DNA of 64,000 nucleotides from Squalus acanthias (lineage: Eukaryota), in the NCBI GenBank assembly GCA_030390025.1, contig CM059443.1, positions 18,476,001 to 18,540,000 of the forward strand, in the 5' to 3' direction. Shown here in pieces: positions 57,401 to 64,000 of this stretch (position 1 is its first letter; every line of letters begins with the position of its first letter). A program made the position numbers and the translations under genes. Under the pieces are notes generated by a model. That model was not told the DNA's origin. It searched no databases and saw nothing but the letters and a program-made list of their open reading frames with translations.

Positions 57401-60400
57401 GGAGTATTTGTAGGAGATTTGTCTGTTACTTTTGGTTTGGGAGTTTTTTTACGAGATGTGTCTTTTCCATGTACTGGTCCATTACATATAGTAACTTTTC
57501 CTCTTTGTTTTGTTTCGGGAGTCTTTGTAAGAGATTCGTCTGTTACTGTTGGTTTGGGAGTCTTTGTAGGAGATGTGTCTGTTAGTGTTGGTTTGGCAGT
57601 ACTTGTAGGAGATGTGGTTGTTAGTGTTGGTTTGGCAGTACTTGTAGGAGATGTGGTTGTTACTGTTGGCGTGGGAGTACTTGTAGGAGATGTGTCTGTT
57701 ACTGATGGTTTGGCAGTATTTGTAAGAGATGTGTCTGTTACTGTTGGTGTGGGAGTACTTGTAGGAGATGTGTCTGTTAGTGTTGGTGTGGCAGTACTTT
57801 TAGGAGATGTGGTTGTTACTGTTGGTGTGGAAGTACTTTTAGGAGATGTGGTTGTTAGTGTTGGTGTGGCAGTACTTTTAGGAGATGTGGTTGTTACTGT
57901 TGGTGTGGAAGTACTTGTAGGAGATGTGTCTGTTAGTTTTGGTTTGGAAGTATTTGTAGGAGATATGGTTGTTACTGTTGGTGTGGGAGTACTTGTAGAA
58001 GATGTGTCTGTTAGTGTTGGTGTGGGAGTACTTGTAGGAGATGTGTCTGTTACTGTTGGTGTGGGAGTATTTGTAGGAGATGTGGTTGTTACTGTTGTTG
58101 TGGGAGTACTTGTAGGAGATTTGTCTGTTACTTTTGGTTTGGGAGTTTTTTTACGAGATGTGTCTTTTCCATGTACTGGTCCATTACATGTAGTAACTTT
58201 TCCTCTTTGTTTTGTTTCGGGAGTCTTTGTAGGAGATTTGTCTGTTACTGTTGGTTTGGGAGTATTTGTAGGAGATGTGTCTGTTAGTGTTGGTGTGGGA
58301 GTATTTGTAGGAGATGTGGTTGTTACTGTTGGTGTGGGAGTACTTGTAGGAGATGTGTCTGTTAGTGTTGGTGTGGGAGTATTTGTAGGAGATGTGTCTG
58401 TTAGTGTTGGTGTGGGAGTACTTGTAGGAGATGTGTCTGTTAGTGTTGGTTTGGGAGTATTTGTAGGAGATATGGTTGTTACTGGTGGTGTGGGAGTACT
58501 TGTAGGAGATGTGGTTGTTACTATTGGTGCGGGAGTACTTGTAGGAGATTTGTCTGTTACTGTTGGTGTGGGAGTACTTGTAGGAGATGTGGTTGTTACT
58601 GTTGTTGTGGGAGTACTTGTAGGAGATTTGTCTGTTACTGTTGGTGTGGGAGTACTTGTAGGAGATGTGGTTGTTACTGTTGTTGTGGGAGTACTTGTAG
58701 GAGATTTGTCTGTTACTGTTGGTGTGGGAGTACTTGTAGAAGATGTATCTGTTAGTGTTGGTGTGGGAGTACTTGTAGGAGATGTGTCTGTTACTGATGG
58801 TTTGGGAGTATTTGTAGGAGATGTGGTTGTTACTGTTGGTGTGGGAGTATTTGTAGGAGATGTGTCTGTTACTGATGGTTTGGGAGCATTTGTAGGAGAT
58901 GTGGTTGTTACTGTTGGTGTGGGAGTACTTGTAGGAGATGTGTCTGTTAGTGTTGGTGTGGCAGTATTTGTAGGAGATGTGGTTGTTACTGTTGGTGTGG
59001 GAGTACTTGTAGGAGATGTGTCTGTTAGTGTTGGTGTGGGAGTATTTGTAGGAGATGTGTCTTTTACTGTTGGTGTGGGAGTACTTGTAGAAGATGTATC
59101 TGTTAGTGTTGGTGTGGGAGTACTTGTAGGAGATGTGTCTGTTACTGATGGTTTGGGAGTATTTGTAGGAGATGTGGTTGTTACTGTTGGTGTGGGAGTA
59201 TTTGTAGGAGATGTGTCTGTTACTGATGGTTTGGGAGCATTTGTAGGAGATGTGGTTGTTACTGTTGGTGTGGGAGTACTTGTAGGAGATGTGTCTGTTA
59301 GTGTTGGTGTGGCAGTATTTGTAGGAGATGTGGTTGTTACTGTTGGTGTGGGAGTACTTGTAGGAGATGTGTCTGTTAGTGTTGGTGTGGCAGTATTTGT
59401 AGGAGATGTGGTTGTTACTGTTGGTGTGGGAGTATTTGTAGGAGATGTGTCTGTTCCTGATGGTTTGGGAGTATTTGTAGGAGATGTGTCTGTTCCTGAT
59501 GGTTTGGGAGTACTTGTAGGAGATTTGTCTGTTACTTTTGGTTTGGGAGTTTTTTTACGAGATGTGTCTTTTCCATGTACTGGTCCATTACATATAGTAA
59601 CTTTTCCTCTTTGTTTTGTTTCGGGAGTATTTGCAGGAGATTTGTCTGTTACTGTTGGTGTGGAAGTATTTGTAGGAGATCTGGTTGTTACTGTTGGTGT
59701 GGGAGTACTTTTAGGAGATGTGGTTGTTAGTGTTGGTGTGGCAGTACTTTTAGGAGATGTGGTTGTTACTGTTGATGTGGAAGTACTTGTAGGAGATGTG
59801 TCTGTTAGTTTTGGTTTGGGAGTATTTGTAGGAGATGTGTCTGTTAGTGTTGGTTTGGCAGTACTTGTAGGAGATGTGTCTGTTACTGTTGGTGTGGGAG
59901 TATTTGTAGGAGATGTGGTTGTTACTGTTGTTGTGGGAGTACTTGTAGGAGATGTGTCTGTTACTGTTGGTGTGGGAGCATTTGTAGGAGATGTGTCTGT
60001 TACTGTTGTTGTGGGAGTATTTGTAGGAGATGTGTCTGTTACTGTTGGTGTGGGAGTACTTGTAGGAGATGTGTCTGTTACTGTTGGTGTGGGAGTACTT
60101 GTAGGAGATGTGGTTGTTACTGTTGGTGTGGGAGTACTTGTAGGAGATGTGTCTGTTACTGTTGGTGTGGGAGTACTTGTAGGAGATGTGTCTGTTAGTG
60201 TTGGTTTGGGAGTATTTGTAGGAGATGTGGTTGTTACTGTTGGTGTGGGAGTACTTGTAGGAGATGTGTCTGTTACTGTTGGCGTGGGAGTACTTGTAGG
60301 AGATGTGGTTGTTACTGTTGTTGTGGGAGTACTTGTAGGAGATTTGTCTGTTACTGTTGGTGTGGGAGTACTTGTAGGAGATGTGGTTGTTACTGTTGTT

Positions 60401-63400
60401 GTGTGAGTACTTGTAGGAGATTTGTCTGTTACTGTTGGTGTGGGAGTACTTGTAGGAGATGTGGTTGTTACTGTTGTTGTGGGAGTACTTGTAGGAGATT
60501 TGTCTGTTACTGTTGGTGTGGGAGTACTTGTAGGAGATGTGGTTGTTACTGTTGTTGTGGGAGTACTTGTAGGAGATTTGTCTGTTACTGTTGGTGTGGG
60601 AGTACTTGTAGGAGATGTGGTTGTTACTGTTGTTGTGGGAGTACTCCTAGGAGATTTGTCTGTTAGTGTTGGTGTGGGAGTACTTGTAGGAGATGTGGTT
60701 GTTACTGTTGTTGTGGGAGTACTTGTAGGAGATTTGTCTGTTAGTGTTGGTGTGGGAGTTTTTTTACGAGATGTGTCTTTTCCATGTACTGGTCCATTAC
60801 ATGTAGTAACTTTTCCTCTTTGTTTTGTTTCGGGAGTCTTTGTAAGAGATTTGTCTGTTACTGTTGGTTTGGGTGTACTTGTAGGAGATTTGTCTGTGAC
60901 TGTTGGTGTGGCAGTATTTGTAGGAGATGTCGTTGTTACTGATGGTTTGGGAGTATTTGTAGGAGATGTGGTTGTTACTGATGGTTTGGGAGTATTTGTA
61001 GGAGATGTGGTTGTTACTGTTGGTGTGGGAGTATTTGTAGGAGATGTGTCTGTTACTGATGGTTTGGGAGCATTTGTAGGAGATGTGGTTGTTACTGTTG
61101 GTGTGGGAGTACTTGTAGGAGATGTGTCTGTTAGTGTTGGTGTGGCAGTATTTGTAGGAGATGTGGTTGTTACTGTTGGTGTGGGAGTATTTGTAGGAGA
61201 TTTGTCTGTTACTTTTGGTTTGGGAGTTTTTTTACGAGATGTGTCTTTTCCATGTACTGGTCCATTACATATAGTAACTTTTCCTCTTTGTTTTGTTTCG
61301 GGAGTATTTGCAGGAGATTTGTCTGTTACTGTTGGTGTGGAAGTATTTGTAGGAGATATGGTTGTTACTGTTGGTGTGGGAGTACTTGTAGAAGATGTGT
61401 CTGTTACTGTTGGTGTGGGAGTATTTGTAGGAGATGTGTCTGTTACTGTTGGTGTGGGAGTATTTGTAGGAGATGTGTCTGTTACTGTTGGTTTTGGAGT
61501 ATATGTAGGAGATTTTTCTATTACTGTTGGTGTGGGAGTCTTTGTAGGAGATGTGTCTGTTACTGTCGGTTTTGGAGTATATGTAGGAGATTTTTCTATT
61601 ACTGTTGGTGTGGGAGTATTTGTAGATTTGTCTGTTACTGTTGGTTTTGGAGACTTTGTCGGAGATTTGTCTGTTACTGTTGGCTTTGGAGTATTTGTCG
61701 GAGATTTGTCTGTTACTGTTGGCTTTGGAGACTTTGTAGGAGATTTGTCTGTTACCTTTGGTTTGGTAGTATTTGTAGGAGATTTGTCTGATACTGTTGG
61801 TTTGGGAGTCTTTGCAGGAGATTTGTCTGATACTGTTGGTTTGGGAGTATTTGTAGGAGATTTGTCTGATACTGTTGGTTTGGGAGTATTTGTAGGAGAT
61901 TTGTCTGTTACTGTTGGTTTTGGAGTCTTTGCAGGAGATTTGTCTGATACTGTTGGTTTGGGAGTATTTGTCGGAGATTTGTCTGATACTGTTGGTTTGG
62001 GAGTATTTGCAGGAGATTTGTCTGTTACTGTTGGTTTTGGAGTATTTGCAGGAGATGTGTCTGATACTGTTGGTTTGGGAGTATTTGCAGGAGATTTGTC
62101 TGATACTGTTGGTTTGGGAGTATTTGTCGGAGATTTGTCTGATACTGTTGGTTTGGGAGTCTGTGTAGGAGATTTGTCTGATACTGTTGGTTTGGGAGTA
62201 TTTGCAGGAGATTTGTCTGATACTGTTGGTTTGGGAGTCTGTGTAGGAGATTTGTCTGTTACTGTTGGTTTGGGAGTCTGTGTAGGAGATTTGTCTGATA
62301 CTGTTGGTTTGGGAGTATTTGTCGGAGATTTGTCTGATACTGTTGGTTTTGGAGTATTTGTAGGAGATTTGTCTGATACTGTTGGTTTTGGAGTATTTGT
62401 AGGAAATTTGTCTGTTACTGTTGGTTTGGGAGTCTGTGTAGGATATTTGTCTGTTACTGTTGGTTTGGGAGTATTTGCAGGAGATTTGTCTGATACTGTT
62501 GGTTTGGAAGTATTTGTAGGAGATTTGTCTGTTACTGTTGGTTTGGGAGTATTTGTAGGAGATGTGTCTGATACTGTTGGTTTGGGAGTATTTGTCGGAG
62601 ATTTGTCTGTTACTGTTGGTTTGGGAGTCTGTGTAGGATATTTGTCTGTTACTGTTGGTTTGGGAGTATTTGCAGGAGATTTGTCTGATACTGTTGGTTT
62701 GGAAGTATTTGTAGGAGATTTGTCTGTTACTGTTGGTTTGGGAGTATTTGTAGGAGATGTGTCTGATACTGTTGGTTTGGGAGTATTTGTCGGAGATTTG
62801 TCTGTTACTGTTGGTTTGGGAGTATTTGTCGGAGATTTGTCTGTTACTGTTGGTTTGGGAGTCTGTGTAGGATATTTGTCTGTTACTGTTGGTTTGGGAG
62901 TATTTGCAGGAGATTTGTCTGATACTGTTGGTTTGGAAGTATTTGTAGGAGATTTGTCTGTTACTGTTGGTTTGGGAGTATTTGTAGGAGATGTGTCTGA
63001 TACTGTTGGTTTGGGAGTATTTGTCGGAGATTTGTCTGTTACTGTTGGTTTGGGAGTATTTGTCGGAGATTTGTCTGTTACTGTTGGTTTGGGAGTATTT
63101 GTCAGAGATTTGTCTGATACTGTTGGTTTGGGAGTATTTGTAGGAGATTTGTCTGTTACTGTTGGTTTGGGAGTATTTGCAGGAGATTTGTCTGATACTG
63201 TTGGTTTGGGAGTATTTGTAGGAGGTTTGTCTGTTACTGTTGGTTTGGTAGTATTTGTCGGAGATTTGTCTGATACTGTTGGTTTGGGAGTATTTGTAGG
63301 AGATTTGTCTGTTACTGTTGGTTTGGGAGTATTTGTAGGAGATTCGTCTGGTACTGTTGGTTTGGGAGTATTTGTAGGAGATTTGTCTGTTACTGTTGGT

Positions 63401-64000
63401 TTGGGAGTATTTGCAGGAGATTTGTCTGATACTGTTGGTTTGGGAGTATTTGTCAGAGATTTGTCTGTTACCTTTGGTTTGGGAGTATTTGCAGGAGATT
63501 TGTCTGATACTGTTGGTTTGGGAGTATTTGCAGGAGATTTGTCTGTTACTGTTGGTTTGGGAGTATTTGTAGGAGATTTGTCTGTTACTGTTGGTTTGGG
63601 AGTATTTGCAGGAGATTTGTCTGATACTGTTGGTTTGGGAGTATTTGCAGGAGGTTTGTCTGTTACTGTTGGTTTTGGAGTATTTGTCGGAGATTTGTCT
63701 GATACTGTTGGTTTTGGAGTATTTGTCGGAGATTTGTCTGATACTGTTGGTTTGGGAGTATTTGCAGGAGGTTTGTCTGTTACTGTTGGTTTGGGAGTAT
63801 TTGCAGGAGGTTTGTCTGTTACTGTTGGTTTGGGAGTATTTGTAGGAGATTTGTCTGTTACTGTTGGTTTGGGAGTATTTGTAGGAGATTTGTCTGATAC
63901 TGTTGGTTTGGGAGTATTTGCAGGAGATTTGTCTGATACTGTTGGTTTGGGAGTATTTGTAGGAGATTTGTCTGTTACTGTTGGTTTGGGAGTATTTGTC
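1837..64000 (-). CDS. MUC16: MUC16(CA125)-like giant mucin, internal part (PTS exon, linker exon, >=20 tandem SEA cassettes); 5' and 3' ends lie outside the window
   Basis: Exons bounded by canonical AG/GT join in frame. SEA repeats show F/YNVTF-I, L-F/Y-K-N/S-S, a C-x18-C loop, DRV-VY and LGPY-LD-x-SLYVN, matching the MUC16 repeat (LGPYTLDRNSLYVNG, C-x19-C). No GSVVV cleavage motif. A huge N-terminal PTS exon precedes them, as in MUC16. Orthology is not proven without the TM/tail exons and synteny. Confidence 0.8.
2352..4486 (-). CDS. MUC16: SEA cassette 19 (class B)
   Basis: Exons 4353-4486, 4195-4262 ([22 protein letters not shown]), 2669-2838, 2352-2378. Confidence 0.88.
3024..3720. repeat. 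Unclassified GC-rich intronic segment (copies at 1-650 and ~5384-6090), probably an old TE
   Basis: GC-rich island with C-runs in an AT-rich intron; no terminal repeats or protein motif recognised. Confidence 0.35.
4710..6850 (-). CDS. MUC16: SEA cassette 18 (class B)
   Basis: Exons 6717-6850, 6559-6626, 5029-5198 (...[14 protein letters not shown]), 4710-4736. Confidence 0.88.
7185..8543 (-). CDS. MUC16: SEA cassette 17 (unique transition unit)
   Basis: Exons 8383-8543 ([34 protein letters not shown]), 8226-8293 ([22 protein letters not shown]), 7521-7690, 7185-7211. Confidence 0.87.
9178..10640 (-). CDS. MUC16: SEA cassette 16 (class A edge unit, 1-aa deletion LDDSLYVN)
   Basis: Exons 10495-10640, 10332-10399, 9884-10050 (167 nt), 9178-9204 (DYHESTPLI). 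Confidence 0.87.
11118..12681 (-). CDS. MUC16: SEA cassette 15 (class A)
   Basis: Exons 12536-12681, 12373-12440, 11922-12091, 11118-11144. Confidence 0.88.
13159..14721 (-). CDS. MUC16: SEA cassette 14 (class A)
   Basis: Exons 14576-14721, 14413-14480, 13962-14131, 13159-13185. Confidence 0.88.
15198..16763 (-). CDS. MUC16: SEA cassette 13 (class A; duplicate of cassette 9)
   Basis: Exons 16618-16763, 16454-16521, 16003-16172, 15198-15224. Confidence 0.88.
17241..18816 (-). CDS. MUC16: SEA cassette 12 (class A, 5-aa insertion [12 protein letters not shown])
   Basis: Exons 18671-18816, 18508-18575, 18042-18226 (185 nt), 17241-17267. Confidence 0.88.
19294..21950 (-). CDS. MUC16: SEA cassette 11 (class A; duplicate of cassette 7)
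   Basis: Exons 21805-21950, 21641-21708, 21190-21359, 19294-19320. Confidence 0.88.
19619..20244 (-). mobile_element. Penelope-like element 3' fragment (end of GIY-YIG endonuclease plus 3' UTR)
   Basis: Translates [31 protein letters not shown]...[24 protein letters not shown]; target duplication CAGGAACCTCTTA; the empty site is seen in other units. Confidence 0.85.
19683..19719 (-). ncRNA. Minimal type I hammerhead ribozyme motif
   Basis: Minus strand AGUU-CUGACGA-A-AGGUC-AUC-GACCU-GAAAC-GUU-AACU: core boxes, 5-bp stem II, 4-bp stem I and palindromic ACGU stem III, typical of Penelope-like elements. Confidence 0.75.
20483..20912 (-). mobile_element. tRNA-derived V-SINE (shark HE1-like) with CR1-type tail
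   Basis: Head GGGCAACACGG; A box TGGCATAGTGG (20891-20901); B box GGTTCGAATC (20848-20857); V-domain TGTGTGGAGTTTGCACATTCTCCCCGTGTCTGCGTGGGTTTCCTCCGGGTGCTCCGG; tail TTCTATGTTTCTATGT shared with CR1; internal ~47-bp tandem duplication. Confidence 0.9.
22428..23988 (-). CDS. MUC16: SEA cassette 10 (class A, extra Cys; duplicate of cassette 6)
   Basis: Exons 23843-23988, 23681-23748, 23230-23399, 22428-22454. Confidence 0.88.
24281..26364 (-). mobile_element. 5'-truncated CR1 LINE split by a nested CR1
   Basis: The halves ...GMAGLSY (25906-26364) and YEERLG... (24281-24732) are contiguous RT sequence; flanked by ATGTT(A/C). Confidence 0.9.
24733..25905 (+). mobile_element. Nested antisense CR1 LINE (5'-truncated, frameshifted)
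   Basis: [18 protein letters not shown] and FADD motifs plus 3' tail; TSD TCATAC (24727-24732 and 25906-25911). Confidence 0.92.
26556..28120 (-). CDS. MUC16: SEA cassette 9 (class A)
   Basis: Exons 27975-28120, 27811-27878, 27360-27529, 26556-26582. Confidence 0.88.
28598..30160 (-). CDS. MUC16: SEA cassette 8 (class A)
   Basis: Exons 30015-30160, 29852-29919, 29401-29570, 28598-28624. Confidence 0.88.
30638..33295 (-). CDS. MUC16: SEA cassette 7 (class A; C-D intron holds a SINE and a Penelope-like fragment)
   Basis: Exons 33150-33295, 32986-33053, 32535-32704, 30638-30664. Confidence 0.88.
30963..31589 (-). mobile_element. Penelope-like element 3' fragment (duplicate copy)
   Basis: ORF 31363-31581 EHLRSV...PVACHFN...[10 protein letters not shown]; same flanking duplication. 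Confidence 0.85.
31027..31063 (-). ncRNA. Minimal type I hammerhead ribozyme motif (identical second copy)
   Basis: Same 37-nt sequence as 19683-19719. Confidence 0.75.
31828..32257 (-). mobile_element. V-SINE (HE1-like), duplicate copy
   Basis: Near-identical to 20483-20912 at the same intronic site. Confidence 0.9.
33773..35334 (-). CDS. MUC16: SEA cassette 6 (class A, extra Cys LDNCSL)
   Basis: Exons 35189-35334, 35027-35094, 34576-34745, 33773-33799. Confidence 0.88.
35627..37710 (-). mobile_element. Split CR1 LINE (duplicate of 24281-26364)
   Basis: Same structure at offset 11346. Confidence 0.9.
36079..37251 (+). mobile_element. Nested antisense CR1 (duplicate)
   Basis: TSD TCATAC; shares frameshifts with 24733-25905. 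Confidence 0.92.
37902..39464 (-). CDS. MUC16: SEA cassette 5 (class A)
   Basis: Exons 39319-39464, 39156-39223, 38706-38875, 37902-37928. Confidence 0.88.
39940..41500 (-). CDS. MUC16: SEA cassette 4 (class A)
   Basis: Exons 41355-41500, 41192-41259, 40743-40912, 39940-39966. Confidence 0.88.
41970..43544 (-). CDS. MUC16: SEA cassette 3 (class A)
   Basis: Exons 43399-43544, 43223-43290, 42772-42941, 41970-41996. Confidence 0.88.
44293..45466 (+). mobile_element. Nested antisense CR1 (third copy)
   Basis: TSD TCATAC; lacks the 1-bp indels shared by copies 1 and 2 (ORF 44781-45368 is continuous). Confidence 0.92.
45575..47086 (+). mobile_element. Younger 5'-truncated CR1 of a different subfamily, unique to this copy
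   Basis: RT ORF 45594-46880 with one nonsense codon (TAG 46527-46529) and FADD changed to FADY; TSD ACAG; tail (TTATGTTC)n. Confidence 0.93.
47633..49186 (-). CDS. MUC16: SEA cassette 2 (class A)
   Basis: Exons 49041-49186, 48878-48945, 48426-48595, 47633-47659; AG/GT boundaries, open. Confidence 0.88.
49664..51245 (-). CDS. MUC16: SEA cassette 1 (class A, divergent edge unit)
   Basis: Exons 51100-51245, 50936-51003, 50468-50637, 49664-49690; exon A reads [29 protein letters not shown]. Confidence 0.88.
51440..51468. repeat. (AT)n microsatellite
   Basis: About 14 perfect AT units. Confidence 0.95.
52094..52430. mobile_element. Possible MITE (GC-rich, imperfect TIRs)
   Basis: Left end GGGGGGAAACATTTGGT vs reverse complement of right end GGGGTGGAAATTTGGT; no clean TSD. 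Confidence 0.4.
52478..52555 (+). mobile_element. Deu-SINE (SacSINE1/AmnSINE-like) 3' fragment
   Basis: ACTACACTTCAAAAAGTACTTAATTGGCTGTGAAGTGCTTTGGGTCGTCCTGAGG resembles the Deu-SINE 3' region as I recall it; not searched. Confidence 0.55.
52710..52910 (-). CDS. MUC16: Ser/Thr-rich linker exon (201 nt, phase 1-1): [33 protein letters not shown]...GRTPSTI
   Basis: Acceptor TTTTTTCTTTACAG, donor T|GTAAGT; an alternative in-frame acceptor lies 12 nt downstream (exon start 52898). Joins in frame with the PTS exon and SEA unit 1. Confidence 0.8.
53930..54190 (-). other. Intronic degenerate copy of ~4.5 PTS repeat units (pseudo-exon or alternative exon)
   Basis: [54 protein letters not shown] at a 39-bp period; no obvious phase-1 splice pair. 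Confidence 0.55.
54579..64000 (-). CDS. MUC16: Giant PTS mucin exon (>9.4 kb, ~3140 aa), 5' end beyond the window
   Basis: The minus frame reads [13 protein letters not shown] / [13 protein letters not shown] repeats; I found no stop, and the only indel noticed (~61623) is 3 bp. It ends ...SSKTTEN-G|GTAAGT (phase-1 donor at 54578). The ORF track misses it because there is no in-frame start until 54693. Confidence 0.9.
54760..64000 (-). repeat. Coding VNTR, 39-bp (13-aa) unit, ~237 unit-lengths
   Basis: Plus-strand consensus GGAGATGTGTCTGTTACTGTTGGTGTGGGAGTACTTGTA is repeated continuously. Confidence 0.97.

Noticed and set aside
54587-60406. 1939-aa Val/Gly-rich plus-strand ORF
   Set aside because: Antisense shadow of the PTS repeat. 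The minus frame stays open beyond this ORF's stop, has a proper splice donor and fits the SEA gene.
60403-63845. Cys/Trp-rich and LLVWEY-repeat plus-strand ORFs, and the YKYSHTNSN minus-strand ORF at 54740-55069
   Set aside because: Alternative frames of the 39-bp repeat, broken by frequent stops.
54760-64000. CRISPR-like regular periodicity
   Set aside because: Contiguous coding tandem units with no unique spacers, no cas genes and a vertebrate context.
61760-64000. KSP repeats reminiscent of neurofilament-H
   Set aside because: Thr/Pro-dominated rather than Glu/Lys-rich, no coiled-coil rod, and linked to extracellular SEA domains.

Overview
Eukaryotic (vertebrate) genomic DNA, very probably from a cartilaginous fish: it carries an HE1-type V-SINE, CR1/HER1-type LINEs and a Deu-SINE tail. 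The whole window is the interior of one giant minus-strand MUC16(CA125)-like mucin gene; neither the start nor the stop is in view. In gene order: (1) a >9.4-kb open Pro/Thr/Ser exon made of 39-bp (13-aa) repeats, punctuated by seven 26-aa basic Cys-containing spacers; (2) a 201-nt S/T-rich exon; (3) 19 complete plus 1 partial SEA-domain cassettes, each encoded by four exons (146/134/161, 68, 170 and 27 nt; phases 1-0-2-1-1), falling into two homogenized classes (16 x ~2.04 kb and 3 x ~2.36 kb) with one unique transition unit. About 5,900 codons are reconstructable. The array shows a 4.08-kb dimer period and an 11.35-kb, four-SEA tandem duplication. Introns contain nested antisense CR1 insertions with TSDs, two V-SINEs and two Penelope-like fragments. 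Each Penelope-like fragment carries a minimal dimer-type hammerhead ribozyme motif in the sense of the mucin pre-mRNA. The 1939-aa plus-strand ORF is an antisense shadow. Exon boundaries were derived by eye from splice signals and frame continuity, without transcript evidence.
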